Program-made: the position numbers and the translations under genes
Part shown: one piece after another, positions 11,034 through 24,318 of the stretch
Layout of the letters: every line of letters starts with the position of its first letter
How positions within the stretch are numbered: the first letter of the stretch is position 1
From: Octopus sinensis
Lineage: Eukaryota
Reading direction: 5' to 3'
NCBI RefSeq assembly: GCF_006345805.1
Contig: NC_043015.1
Location: forward strand, 14,322,001-14,386,000
Length of the DNA stretch: 64,000 bases
The notes under the pieces: model-generated
The model's database searches: none
What the model was told of the DNA's origin: nothing
Seen by the model: the letters and a program-made list of their open reading frames with translations, nothing else

Positions 11034-11585
11034 CTCTTTTTGTATAAGTCTCAGTGCCTTAGTTGCAGGATATAAAGCTGAACAATTGTGTTGATGATGC
11101 CTATTGCGGAAGAAACTTGTGCCAATGACAGTTCTCTTATCTTCAGACAATAAGCCTGTCCTATTCCCTAATGGCATTTCAACTCTGAAATTCTTGATTC
11201 TTGAAATTATCTTCTTTTTCCATATAGAACTCGTTTTAATTCCTATTTGGTAATCATGACACATTCTCTAGAGACAGAGATAATTTTAATAAATCAGGAA
11301 CTTTATGTTATATGGTATTTGATATATCTGTATTTGTCTTTATTCATACATATATACACACTGTGTATCACACTTTATTTCAGGTCAAATTTTTGTTGAT
11401 ATTTTAAATATTAAACAGTGTACAAATGTGAAACTTGGCCCACTGAAAGATCTGAAGTAGTTACATATGCAGTGAACATTTCAATCGTATTGATAAGCTA
11501 CATACAAAGTTATGTTGAGTTATCTATTTTGATGTGGTTTCAGCTGTGTCACACTTTATTGCAGGTGTACAAAAAGTCAATTTAA

Positions 11586-11805
11586 CCCTTTAGTGTTTAA
11601 ACCGGCCATATCCGGCTAAAATATTCTACCTGTTTTATGTTCAAACTAGTCAGATATAGTCATTCATAGCTATCTTATTGTGTCATTTTAAAAATAAAGA
11701 ATCACATCATTGAAATCTCAAAGCCATGAAATGATACAAGATTAATTTTACATGGTGTGAATACATAAGCTTTACATTTTATAGAATAATCTGAATGCTA
11801 AAGGG
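11586..11805. mobile_element. piggyBac-like MITE nested in the Tc1 element
   Basis: TTAA-ccctttag...ctaaaggg-TTAA, i.e. TTAA target duplication with CCC/GGG termini. Confidence 0.85.
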
Positions 11806-12044
11806 TTAAGGTAATGAAACAAAGTATTATCGTTATATTACCATTTTATTGTAATAATGAAACACACTACCGAAGAATAATAGCAAAAGATATGAAACAA
11901 ACAGAATTAAATTGTTGGTACTGGACTTTATTTTTCTATGTAACTTCCTTGTTTAAAAATTACATCAAACAGTCTTTTGTTCACAGAAGCTGTTAGCTGA
12001 CTAATCTGAGATGTTATGGCACCAACAATTGTTCTGATCTTTTC

Positions 12045-12916
12045 CTACAGGGCATCCTTTGATGAAAACTGGATACCTCCTTCATACACTTTCCTCTTCA
12101 AGAACGACCAGAGCTGTTTGATAGGGTTTAGGTCAGGAGAATAGGGAGACCAAGTCATGAGTGGTTGACCTGTGATTCCCAAAATTGTAGCCTTGGCTGA
12201 AAGCAAAGGAGCATTGTCATGCATAAAAATCAATTGCCGTCCATGAGAGAGTGGCAGATCATCTAACCATGCTGCAAAATGCTCTTCCAGAAATGCGGTG
12301 TAAGAGTTGCTGGTGAGTTTGACACCTTCTGGTACTGAGAAAGGCCTGAGAAGTTCATTTCTTATGATTCCTGCCAAAAACATGACACTACCACCTCCTT
12401 GTTGATGCCGAATGAGATGCGAGCGAGAGGCTCCAAGAGGTACCCAAACTTTGGCTTATCTGTCAGGACCATCCAGAGTAGCTCTGGCCTCATCCACAAA
12501 GAGGACATCCTGGAAACTGATCTTCATGTACTTCTGTGCCCAATCAATAAGCTTCTCTTTGTGGTTCTTGCTTTAGATGGGTCTAGCTATGCACTTAACA
12601 CTTCTAGCCATCTCTTTAAGGATCCTACACCAGGTGCTTCTAGACAAAGGAGTAACCCGATCACTTTCAAATATGGCAGCATTTGTGCTATCAAGATCTT
12701 TTCTTACTTGTCTACCTATTTTTCAGATGTACACTGGGATACACTTCTTTTCGTACCATTAACTTGACTTGGTTTGGTGATGGGGTTTTCCACATACACC
12801 TTCAATGTTTTTGTATCCCAACCAAGCTCTTGGGCTAATTCTCCCACAGATAAGAATTCTGCAAGGCCTGCAACAATCCACGTCTTCTCTGTAGCTGTCA
12901 GACATCTCAGGGGCAT
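12045..12916 (-). pseudogene. Tc1-family transposase pseudogene
   Basis: N-terminal HTH-like MPLRCLTATEKTWIV..., then WAQKYMKISFQDVLFVDE, GGGSVMFLAG, FMHDNAP and WSPYSPDLNPIKQLW (catalytic E mutated to K). Stops and frameshifts are present. Confidence 0.9.
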
Positions 12917-13225
12917 TTTTGTACACCTGCAGTAAAGCGTGACACGAATGAAAGCACTTCAAAATACATGACTCAACATAACTTTGTATGTAGCTTATGA
13001 ATACAATTGAAATGTTCACTGTATACCTACCTACCTAGGATCTTTCAGAGGACTGAGTTTCATATTTGTACAATGACTCCAGAACTTATTCTTTGTAAGC
13101 CTAGTACTTATTCTATCGGTCTCTTTGCTGAACCGCTAAATTACAGGGGTATAAACACACCAGCACCGGTTGTCAAGCAATGTTGGGGGGGGGGGGAACA
13201 AACACAGACCCACAAACACACACAG

Positions 13226-13257
<32 letters not shown>

Positions 13258-14190
13258 GACAGGCTTCTTTCAGTTTCCATCTTCCAAATCTACTCACAAA
13301 GCTTTGGTCAGCCCGAGGCTATAGTAGAAGACACTTGCCCAAGGTGCCATGCAGTGGGACTGAACCCGGAAGCATGTGGTTGGTAAGCAAGTTACTTACC
13401 ATACAGCCACACCTGTGCCATAGAAAATCTCCCTCAATAGACTCCATTGAACACATGCAAGCATTGGAAAACAGGATGTTAACATGAGTGATGATAGAGA
13501 TATGTGCATATGTATGTGTGTGTATATATGTATGTATGCATGCATGTATGTATGTATGTACATGTGTTTGAATGTGTGTATGCATATATATATGCTTTGT
13601 ATGAGTGTAGACACCCCACATAAACACACTGGCTTGTAGGATATACAGTAGATCAAAAACAGTCGGCTGTCCTGTAGTTTGTTGCTTTACTGTGCCTTTT
13701 ATATAATTTTTTTTGAAGTGATTAAGTGACCTGAATAGTGTGGAATGTTTGTGCTTTTATGTATAATTATTTTATCACACCACAATTAACCTAAAAAAGA
13801 TCCATTCCTTCCCAAGAAAAGACGACACCTATTCACCTGCAAGCTAGCATGAGCTTCACAGTTTTCTCACAAATAATAGGAATATGTCGAGTCATTTGAA
13901 TAGGAGTGAAAATGACTAATGCAGTTAAATAAATATTATGAAAACATGTTTGAAAAAACATGGAATTCTTCTTGGAACGACAATTCTGGTTCCAAATCAG
14001 CAATCGTCTTCATGTAACATACATTTTCAGTAGGTTTGTTTGCATTCAACTAGCCTGAACAATAAACAATACTTGTCATTGTGTTAAAGAGTGGACACTG
14101 CCTATAGCTCAAGAAACTGTGGAGACCAAAGCAGTTAACTCTCTCACACCTATTAGTTTTCAGTAGGCTAAGTGATATTCATCACTTTGT

Positions 14191-14238
<48 letters not shown>

Positions 14239-14494
14239 CACAGCAGAATTGATACTGGTGCTGGTGCCACATAAAAAGTATCCAGTACACTCTGTGGTGT
14301 GCTTGGCATGAGGAAGGGCATCCAGCCATAGAAACCATGCCAGAACGGAGCTCAAGCTGTCCAACCCATGCCAGCATGGAAAACGGATGTTACATCATGA
14401 TGATGATGATGATGATGATGATATGTGTGTGTGTGTGTGTGTGTGTGTTGTGTATGTATATATATATATATATATATAATATATATATATATAT

Positions 14495-15129
14495 ACTAGC
14501 AGTATCGCCCGGCGTTGCTCGGGTTTGTAAGGGAAATAACTATATAAGCATTTTTAGAGAGTTATAGCCAAAAAATAGCAAAAAATGCATAAAAATGGAA
14601 AAAATATGATGGTAAATTTTTTGAAAAATCGTTGACTCATCGTAGACATTTTTAGAGAGTTACTTCCCTTATATAATAGCGAAAAAATGAATTAAAATGG
14701 AAAAAAAACGATGGTCAATTTTTTTTTAAATCGTAGACTCATGTAGACGCTTTCTTAGCCATTTCTGTTTTGGTGTCTTCAAGCCATGAAGTCGTTCTAA
14801 AAGAACGCTGGTCTCCTTGACAACGCATTACGACGTTGATTTCCTTACACTCCCTTCCCCACAGGTGCAGGTGTGAGCGTGGACGCCAACTCCGCCGCCA
14901 TCGACACATGAAAAATTATGCATTAAAATGGAATAAAAAATGATGTTAAATTATTTTTAAAATCGTAGACTCATCGTAGACGCGCGCTAATACTCAGACG
15001 GGCTCGATATGAATCACGACTATAAGCTACCCGAATTTGGTTAAACTGCACCGCAAAATGTGGGAGTAGTTAGGAATCTAAATCGAAGGGGACAGACACT
15101 CACACAACTACAGTTTTTATATATTAGAT
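14495..15129 (+). mobile_element. Non-autonomous Helitron/Helentron-type (HINE/DINE-like) element
   Basis: 5' ACTAGC...cccggcgttgctcggg hairpin, internal repeats (aatcgtagactcatcgtagac), 3' cagacac...tttttatatattagat. A related 5' end occurs at 19037. Confidence 0.65.
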
Positions 15130-15139
15130 ATACATAGCG

Positions 15140-15580
15140 CAGTAGTGGTGAGATGTGACAGCAAAGAAAAGCATACATTCACTCTCTGCATGCAATTAGA
15201 CTCGGAAAGTTCGTGAGGAACCCATTGACCCAATTTGCTGACTTTTCCGATAGCACACAGGTCTCAATGAATGGTTGAATGACCAAATCCAAGCTTCTCT
15301 GCTAGTTCCTCAACAGTTACGATGAGATTTTGTTCCACCAGGGTTTTCAGGATGTCCTTGTCGAGTTCTACAGATCTTTCAGGATGAGGCTCGTCTTCTA
15401 GGCTGTTCCAATATAGCTTTGAAAAAATAGCTGTTAAAATCGAAATGCACTCTTCAAAACTTGCACTATGAATAAGGACAAGATAAAATTACTACCTGCT
15501 TTTATAGCAAGTTAATATAAGTAGTTTATCCCATTCCCCTCTGACTTTTAGTTCAAGCTGTTGAAAAAACCGCATTATTA
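15140..15580 (-). pseudogene. Mariner-like relic (5' part plus terminal sequence)
   Basis: Minus strand gives LEDEPHPER- and VSKLGQWVP-like mariner linker motifs. The end aaaaccgcattattta resembles 38388-38420. Confidence 0.55.
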
Positions 15581-15600
15581 TATATATATACATACATACA

Positions 15601-15632
<32 letters not shown>

Positions 15633-15941
15633 CACACACACTCTCTCTCTCACACACATGCACACATTTATATTCTGTTATTCTTTTATATGTTTCAGCC
15701 TTGAGGTTGTGGCCATGCTGGATCATGTGTGTGTGTGTGTGTGTCTATCTGTCTGTCTTTTTTATGTATATATGTATATGTATGTGTGTGAACAATAATA
15801 TTTTCAACAGATGTGTTGCAAATGTATCTGATTGTTCTCAAGCTTCAATACTGTGTGTGTGTGTATGTGTGTGTGTGTGTATGTATGTATGTATATGTAT
15901 GTATGTATATGTATGTATGTGTGTGTGTGTGTATGTATGTA

Positions 15942-15976
<35 letters not shown>

Positions 15977-16702
15977 ATGTATGTATGTATGTATGTATGT
16001 ATGTATGTATGTATGAATGAGTGTATGTTTACTTTATTACTAACACAAGCCACTACGGTTATTTAATGTAAAGTCTTCCTCAAATCACTATCTCTGGCTA
16101 TTTACTCTCTTCCAAGAACATTTTCACTCACACTTATTGTTAGCTTCCCATACATTTTACTCATTATCTATCAGCGTGATAGAGAGAAACAAATATTACA
16201 TCTAGTTTCACTTTATTCGTTGCCCACTGTGTGTGTGCGTTTGCGTGTGGTGTAAACCAGACTAAGAAAAGCATTTGACACACACACCAGAATGTGAGTT
16301 TTCTGTAAATTTTGCTTAATTGGAGTTTAAATTTTAAAAACTAGACCTGGCATGACGCGATGCATTGTACTCTTAAAAATGCTAGGTAAATTGTAATTGA
16401 AGAAATCCTATATTGTAGATTTGTATAACTCCCAAAGGGAGGCAGATAAAATCTGCCTTTTATAATAAGAGATATATATATTCATTTTCTATAGCTGGAT
16501 GCTCTTCCTGTTGTCAATTCCCACTTTCCAAGCAAGGTAATATTTCTCCACGACCAGACATCTTTTTTTCACAGATTATTGGAAATATATGTATGTATAT
16601 GTATGTATGTACTGGGTACTTTTTTATGTGGCACCAGCACTGGTATCAATTCTGCTGTGATGATATATATATATATATTTATATATATATATATATATAT
16701 AT

Positions 16703-16997
16703 CACCGTGATCACTGTGACCGACCAGGCTATCAGATGTTGCGACACATTGCTGGTCAAAATGTGCTTCGCATTGTTTTAGCCTTCAGATGATGCCACCC
16801 TGCTGGCTAAGTGAGCAGGCCAACAGAAGAAAGAGTGAGAGAAAGTTATGGTGAAAGAGCAGAGCAGGGATCGCCACCACCCTCTGTTAGAGCCTCATGG
16901 AGCTTTAGGTGTTTTTGCTTAATAAACACAACGCCCGGTCAGGGAATCGAAACCGCAGTTCTACAACCATGAGTCCGCTGCCCTAACCACTGAGCCT
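16703..16997 (-). mobile_element. tRNA-derived SINE (second family)
   Basis: Head ggctcagtggttagggcagcggactcatgg...ggtttcgattccc has A/B-box-like motifs. Flanked by (TA)n. Confidence 0.75.
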
Positions 16998-16998
16998 C

Positions 16999-17035
<37 letters not shown>

Positions 17036-19036
17036 AATCCAAACATGAAAGGACAAAAAACACAACAACGCTAGGACGTGGAACAAATATAGTATTATTG
17101 AACGCTCAGGAAAGAAGGAAAGAAGGAGGGTTTAACGTTTCGAGTGGAGCTCTTCGTCGGAAAGATAGGAGAAGGAAAGATCCAGAGAAGGAAGACAGAG
17201 GAAAAAAATCGCCAACGGTACACACGCGGTCACATTTTGAATATATATATATATTTATGTATATATATATGGCAAAGCTACGAATATTACTTAGCTTGCC
17301 GAAAACTAAAAGATGGGAGAGAGTTAACTGCTTTGGTCTCCACATCTCTTTGAGCTATAGGCAGTGTCCACTCTTTGACACAATGACAAGTATTGTTTAT
17401 TGTTCAGGCTAGTTGAATGCAAACAAACCTACTGAAAATGTATGTTACATGAAGACGATTGCTGATTTGAACCAGAATTGTCGTTCCAAGAAGAATTCCA
17501 TGTTTTTTCAAACATGCTTTCATAATACTTATTTAACTGCATTAGTCATTTACACTCCTATCCAAATGACTCAACATATTCCTATTATTTGTGAGAAAAC
17601 TGTGAAGGGCGGATGAGCTCATGCGTAGTCAATGGCCATCCGACATCATATATACATAGGTGTGTATGTAGATGTACGTATGTTTATAAATATTTATATA
17701 AATATTTTTGCATATCATTTTATATATTTTTATATATTTTTTATATATCTTTTTATATATTTATATATCTTTTATATATTTATATATCTTTTATATTTTT
17801 TATATGTTTTATTTATTTTATTTATATTATTAATTTTGAATTTATTTATTTATTTAAAAATAATAACATTTTTCAATTGTAAAATTTCAAATTTTATGTC
17901 TTTTTTTATGTGTACATATATATTTTTTCTGTGTGGTGGTGGTGGGGGGGGGGTAGATGAGGCTCATCAGCCGTGGTGAAGGCAACTCTTCTAGGAGAAG
18001 GACACTGACATAAAACCAAGTCAGTAATGACAGTCCTTTAATTGGCTGCACTATCAAAGCCATGACTATTGATGGGAGAAGACTGGGCTCCTGTTTTGAA
18101 ACGAAGCTGTCATTAGGACAACCGGTATAGGAGAATAAAACTCTGAATTCAAATTGACTTACCACTGCTGACTTGCAGTCTGCTTTTGAGGAAAAGCCTA
18201 GAAGGTACTCCGATATAAAATCTGCAGTCAACTTAGAACTAGTCACCGGAAGCTACTATTTTGACCCATAGAGTAGTAAAAGTGTTGTACAAGCATTTGT
18301 CACTGAAATCAAATGAAGTGCAGATGTCACCCGACAAACCACCATCATTATACAATCATCACTTTTCAAAAGTCCTATGACGATAGAGGTGTGGCAACAT
18401 ATGCAGACTTGACCAGTTGGAAGCATACAGTTACAAATCTGATTCAATATTTTCATTTATGTATTTGGGAATCTGTTTGACTGCCTATGATTTGTGTTTT
18501 TAATTTTCTCTACTCTGTATTTTTATGCATTGGCTCTCTATGAGCACTCCGTAAATAGCCCATACATTTTAAAACACACACACACATATATATATATATA
18601 TGGATATATATGTATGGATATATATATATATATATACATATCAACTACATGGCCGTTGCCAGCGCCGCCCCGACTGGCCTCCGTGCCAGTGGAATGTAAG
18701 AAGCACCATCCGATTGTGGCCGTTGCCAGCCTCGTCTGGCCCCCATGCCGGTGGCACGTAAAAAGCATCATCCGACCGTGGCTGTTTGCCAGCCTCGTCT
18801 GGCACCTGTGCAGGTGGCACATAAAAAGCACCCACTACACTCTAGGAGTGGTTGGCGTTAGGAAGGGCATCCAGCCGTAGAAACACTGCCAGATCATACT
18901 GGGCCTGGCGCAGCCTCCTGGCTTCCAGACCCCAGTTGAACCGTCCAACCCATGCTAGCATGGAAAACAGACGTTAAACGATGATGATGATGATGATGAT
19001 GACATATAAATACATACAATATATATATATAAACAT

Positions 19037-19533
19037 ACTAGCAGCATAGCCCGGCATTGCCCGGGTATGCAAGAGCCCCTGGAGCAGACATGATGCTCGC
19101 TGTGAATTTTTTTTAAATTCCTACCAATCTGAGAAAGATATTGTCGAGAATATGTCATCTTGAATTTGAACATGATTTCCCAAAATGGCATGATTTTATC
19201 GATTTTTTCTGATGGTAAGGTATTGCATGGAAAACTAACGTCAGAATTAAGTTTCTTAGGGTAACATTAAGCTTCACCATGAGTTTGGTGAAAATCGATT
19301 GCAAGTTGCGAAAACTACAACAGAAAATGTGTTGCAAATAAAAAGCTTAGATTCTCGACCTCATGTCGAATTTATCGATTTTTTTCAGAACTGGGGGAAC
19401 TTTTCAAAATTTTCGCTGCGTTAGTTTTGAATTATGACATTGGGATATGTGTGTGTCAAGTTTCATCAGAATCGTTGAAAGCCGTGGTCAGGGTGAGGGT
19501 ACAACCTGACAGACACACAGACAGACAAAACAT
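19037..19533 (+). mobile_element. Non-autonomous Helitron/Helentron-type element
   Basis: ACTAGCagcatagcccggcattgcccggg 5' hairpin and a 3' (CAGA)n tract. Confidence 0.6.
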
Positions 19534-19541
19534 ATATATGG

Positions 19542-19597
<56 letters not shown>

Positions 19598-19601
<4 letters not shown>

Positions 19602-20805
19602 TTCCGGCACCAGTTCCGCATACCCCCTGCCCATTCAAAGTACCTTGGATCCCGGAACATCTCGCTGTGCTTGAGGAGACCTGTTGAGTCAAGTGCATAT
19701 ACATGAACATCGAACCAAATATCAATGGAAATAGTAGTTGTGATACCTGTGCCGGTGACACATAAAAAGCAGCATCCGAACGTGGCCGTTGCCAGTGCAG
19801 CCTCGAATGGCTTCTGTGCCGGTGGCACATGAACATTGAACCAAATATCAATGGAAACAGTAGTTGTGATACCTGTGCCGGTGACACATAAAAAGCAGCA
19901 TCCGAACGTGGCCGTTGCCAGTGCAGCCTCGACTGGCTTCTGTGCCGGTGGCACATAAAAAGCACCATCCGAACGTGACCGATGCCAACCCCGCCTCGAG
20001 TAGCTTCTGTGCCGGTGGCACATAAAAAGCACCATCTGAATGTGGACGATGCCAGCACCGCCCCGACTGGCTTCTGTGCTGGTGGCACATAAAAAGCACC
20101 ATCCAAACGTGGCCGATGCCAGCATCGCCTCGACTGGCTTCTGTGCCGGTGGCACATAAAAAGCACCAACCGATCGTGGGATCCCAGAACATCTCGCTGT
20201 GCTTGAGGAGACCTGTTGAGTCAAGTGCATGTACATGAACATCGAACCAAATATCAATGGAAACAGTAGTTGTGATACCTGTGCCGGTGACACATAAAAA
20301 GCACCATCCGAACGTGGCCGTTGCCAGTGCAGCCTCGACTGGCTTCAGTGCCAATGACACATAAAAAGCACCATCCAAACGTGACCAATGCCAACCCCGC
20401 CTCGAATGGCTTCTGTGCCGGTGGCACATAAAAAGCACCATCCGAACGTGACCGATGCCAACCCCGCCCCGACTGGCTTCTGTGCCGGCGGCACATAAAA
20501 AGCACCATCCGAACATGGCCGATGCCAGCACCGCCTCGACTGGCTTCTGTGCCGGTGGCACATAAAAAGCACCAATCGATCGTGGCCGATGCCAGACCCC
20601 TCTGGCACCTGTGCAGGTGGCACGTAAAAAGCACCCACTACACTCACGGAGTGGTTGGCGTTAGGAAGGGCATCCAGCTGTAGAAACACTGCCAGATCAG
20701 ACTGGAGCCTGGAGCAGCCCCTGGCTCCCCAGACCCCGGTCGAACCATCCAACCTGTGCTAGCGCGGAAAACGGACGTTAAACGATGATGATGATGATGA
20801 TGATG

Positions 20806-20806
<1 letters not shown>
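19598..20806 (+). mobile_element. RTE 3' UTR fragment with an expanded array (~13 units) and internal block duplications
   Basis: Matches 4860-5600. The block ggatccc.gaacatctcgctgtgcttgaggagacc occurs twice (~19647, ~20179). Ends in a (GAT)n tail. Confidence 0.9.
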
Positions 20807-20837
<31 letters not shown>

Positions 20838-20838
<1 letters not shown>

Positions 20839-21355
20839 ACGGGAAGGTTTACGAAAATAAACAAAAGACGAAGGCAGGTGGAGTACAAACAAACAAATGT
20901 ATTAGTATGGCGCTCAGGAATAGAAATAGAACAAGTCTTTTACGTTTCGAGCCTATGCTCTTTGACAGAAAGATACACAGAAAAAAAACGAGAGAAAAAA
21001 AAATGCGTGTAGGAGCTAACGATCTATCATGGCGTCCTGACTTCGGACAGTGGTCAGACGCGAGAGGGATAGTAGGGGAGATAACAGGGTCAAGTGACTT
21101 CCAAAACGAAGGTGCCCCCAACACAAAGGTGCGTGTGTGTATAAGAGAGTATGTATGTGCGTGTGAAAGAGGGCTGGTGGTCTGGACGTGTGTATGTATG
21201 TATGTGTGGGTGGTGTGTTGTGATGTGATGTGTAATGTTGTATGGTGTAGTGTGGTGTGATGTTGTGGGGAGGTGGGGGAGGCGAGAGTGGGGAAAGCAC
21301 GGATGGGGTGTGGGTTGGGGTAGAGTGGGGGTTGTGGGTAGGTAGAGGGTGGGAT
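20838..21355 (-). mobile_element. PLE-pLTR-like non-autonomous element with a GT/G-rich segment
   Basis: Homologous to 26083-26700 and 27889-28170, all bounded on the left by (TA)n. A minimal hammerhead-like motif tcttt-ctgtcaa-a-gagc/gctc-GAAA-cg-TA-aaaga lies at 20936-20973 (-). Confidence 0.6.
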
Positions 21356-21439
21356 TATATATATATATATATATATATATAAATATATATAGACCTTGTA
21401 GGAATTTACATCCTATCCCAGATACAATTATATATTCCT

Positions 21440-23290
21440 GGATTGAGTGGAGGGCTATACAGAGATGACACATTCTTTCTACATAAATGTAGCAAAGTAC
21501 AGCATGAAAAGTACAAAAACTCTCTATTTAATTGTTTTAAAATAATGGACTCTCCATCACCATAATCAAAGAATACCATAGAGTTAACTTTTTAGATGCT
21601 ACTTTTGATTTAGATACTGGTCTACACGAACCATTTCATAAACCTAATGAGAACCTAAAATACATCAACGTTGGATCTAATCATCCACCATCAATAGTTA
21701 GGGGAATCATTAATAACATCTCGGCTAGAATATCCATGTTATCTACAAATGAAAATGTATTCAACATACACGTATCTTACTATAACACAGTCAAAATCTA
21801 ATAAGCCAGTAAGGGGTAAAGACCCCGTTCGGTCATGAATGACCATGGGATTGCACCTAGAAAGTTACCCTCCTAGACACAAGTCCGGGCAAGGTTGTTT
21901 ATGGAAGACCAGCAGTCGCCCATGCATACCAGCCTCCCCTCTCCACGCCACCAGTGTTATCCAAGGGAAAGACAAAGGTCGATACAGCTTGGCACCTGTG
22001 ACGTCGCAACTCATTTCTACAGCTGAGTGAACTGGAGCAACGTGAAATAAAGTGTCTTGCTCAAGAACACAACACGCAGCCCGGTCCGGGATTCGAGTTC
22101 ACAACCTCACGATCGTAAGCTCGACGCTCTAACCACTGAGCCATGCGCCTTCACAGTAGTAGTAATAAGCCAGTAGTAGTAATAATAATAATAATAAAAA
22201 CAACTCATATAACTCAACTCGTAATAATACAATTCATTATAACAACCTTACCAAACACAACAATAACTACACACACAAAGTCAAAAACCTAGATAGTAGA
22301 ATCCCAAACCATAAGATAAGACTAACCAAACCCAAACACATAAGAATCAACCATGAATTAGAGAAAACATGTAACAGATAATAAATTAAACACCTAATTT
22401 CACAAAATCCAACTGCCGCTCCTAGCACCCAGACAAACAGACCTAACTGAAGCTATAAAAACCATGATGTCCTTTGGTATAACCCAATCTGGAGCTCCAA
22501 CATCTCATCTAAGATTGCAAAACAATTTTTCACTGCACTTCATCACTGCTTCCCTAAAAATGGAGTGTACAGCAAAATATTCAACCGTCACACTATAAAA
22601 CTATCCTATGCAAATTCATCAAACTTAGGGCAACATATTCATGGGATTAACAACCGTAAACTGAGGCAAAGTTTAGTCAGCACTCTAAATAACTTTCTTG
22701 ACATCAACCATAACATTTATGACCAGCCTAAAGACAATGTTTATAACTTGAATTATACTATCAACCAACAGAGCAATAATTACAATATCCATGATAACCA
22801 CCCAACAACACCAGCAACAATTCAAATAATAAACTGAGAAAACCTAGAAATAGTGATAATAAAATGATAATATTGACAATCAACATAAAGAACAGAACCA
22901 ATCCCTCCAGTGCTCGATGTACTCAAGCCAAAAAAATCAAACAGTTATGCTTATGCCAAGATAGATCCAGTTGTCCTTTGGATAAATAATGTATGGCTAA
23001 GAACATGGTATACAAGTGCACTATAAACACTAGAGAAGGACCCTACATATATATTTTGGCATCAGCCGATTTTTTTCAAAGATCAATACAACCACATCGA
23101 CAGCTTTTGAAATATCCTTTAACGACATATAACATCACTGGCCAATTTTATCTGGAGGCTTAAGGAAGCAAAGACAAAAATACAACCTTACATGGTCCGT
23201 ACTTAGACACACAAATCCCTACAACACTATATCCCGGAAATGCTAGTCAAGTCCAAGGAGTCACTCTCGATAATGTTAACAAAGGAGCAC
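21440..23290 (+). pseudogene. Penelope-like element (Naiad-type) RT plus GIY-YIG relic
   Basis: GGLYRDD (~21449), GLSITI..VNFLDATFDL..KPNENLKYINVGSNHPP (21547-21760), VLWYNP..KIFNRHTIKLSY (22469-22660) and CLCQDRSSCPL..VYKCTI..YIYI (22950-23060). Frameshifts and stops are present, and a SINE interrupts it. Confidence 0.8.
21811..22154 (-). mobile_element. tRNA-derived SINE with a CORE-like segment
   Basis: Head gtgaaggcgcatggctcagtggttagagcg...aactcgaatccc followed by gtgttcttgagcaagacacttt. Confidence 0.8.
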
Positions 23291-24025
23291 ATTGAACAAT
23301 TATCTATAACCTTCTTGACATCAACCATAACACATATGACCAGCCTAAAGACAATTACCTAGATGCCTACATGCAGCTAAACACACATTCACATATTACA
23401 ATCCCAATCATACATAATTTGATGTATACATGGCACCCACAACTCTTAATACACCTGAACTTGAGGAACTACATTCGAATAACTTTCTTATTTGCCTTAT
23501 ATGTATATATATCCATATAAATATACATGTGTGTATATATATATATATATATGTGGATATATATATATTACTATATTCTTTTATTTGTTTCAGTCATTTG
23601 ATTGCGACCATGCTGGAGCACCACCTTTAGTCGAGCAAATCATCCCCAGGATTTATTCTTTGTAAGCCCAGTACTTATTCTATTGGTCTCTTTCGCAGAA
23701 ACACTAAGTTACGGGGGACATAAACACACTTGCATCGGTTGTCAAGCAATGTTGGGGGGACAAACACAAACACACACATATATATACGACAGGCTTCTTT
23801 CAGTTTCTGTCTACCAAATCCACTCACAAGGCTTTGGCTGGCTTGAGACTATAGTAAAAGACACTTGCCCAAGGTATCATGCAGTGGGACTGAACCCAGA
23901 ACCATGTGGTTGGTACGCAAGGTACTTACTACACAGCCACTCCTACACCTATAAGCCACTCCAGGGCCTATGTATAAGTATATATATATATACACACATA
24001 TATATATATGTATGTATGTATGTGA

Positions 24026-24073
<48 letters not shown>

Positions 24074-24169
24074 ATAAAAATGGTAAGACAACAAAAGAAT
24101 GAAAGAGACCTCGATATTATGTAAATAGAGGAATTTATCTGTAAATGTACTATGTGACAATTATTCGGT

Positions 24170-24240
24170 AGCCATGATCAAACTCCAAGTTTCGGATGCC
24201 AAGGTGGAAATCTACACGGGCATCTCTTCAGTTATCCGGC
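24170..24240 (-). ncRNA. Type I hammerhead ribozyme motif
   Basis: gataa-CTGAAGA-gatgcc[18 nt]ggcatc-c-GAAA-cttggag-TT-tgatc; the inverted partner of 24245-24318. Confidence 0.6.
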
Positions 24241-24244
24241 CATT

Positions 24245-24318
24245 GGCCCCGGATAACTGAAGAGATGGCGGCATGGATTTCCACCTCGGCATCCGAAACT
24301 CGGAGTTTTATCATGGCT
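24245..24318 (+). ncRNA. Type I hammerhead ribozyme motif
   Basis: Stem I ggcc-ccg-gataa / ttatc-at-ggct, core CTGAAGA, stem II gatg...catc, GAAA, near-palindromic stem III a-ctcggag-t, and a UU cleavage site. Confidence 0.65.

Larger units (their letters stand above)
11357..13075 (-). mobile_element. Tc1-like DNA transposon with long IR/DR-type TIRs (decayed)
   Basis: Left TIR ~11357-11575 is inverted relative to ~12916-13075, where a SINE cuts the right end. Internal direct repeat tcacactttatt(t/g)caggt occurs at ~11368 and ~11549. Confidence 0.85.

Noticed and set aside
19746-20635. CRISPR-like array of conserved repeats with short variable segments
   Set aside because: The 'spacers' are homologous variants of each other, there are no cas genes, and the array is part of a eukaryotic RTE 3' UTR.
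22080-22154. tRNA gene
   Set aside because: The tRNA-like A/B boxes continue into a SINE body and there is no complete cloverleaf. The same holds for the other SINE heads.
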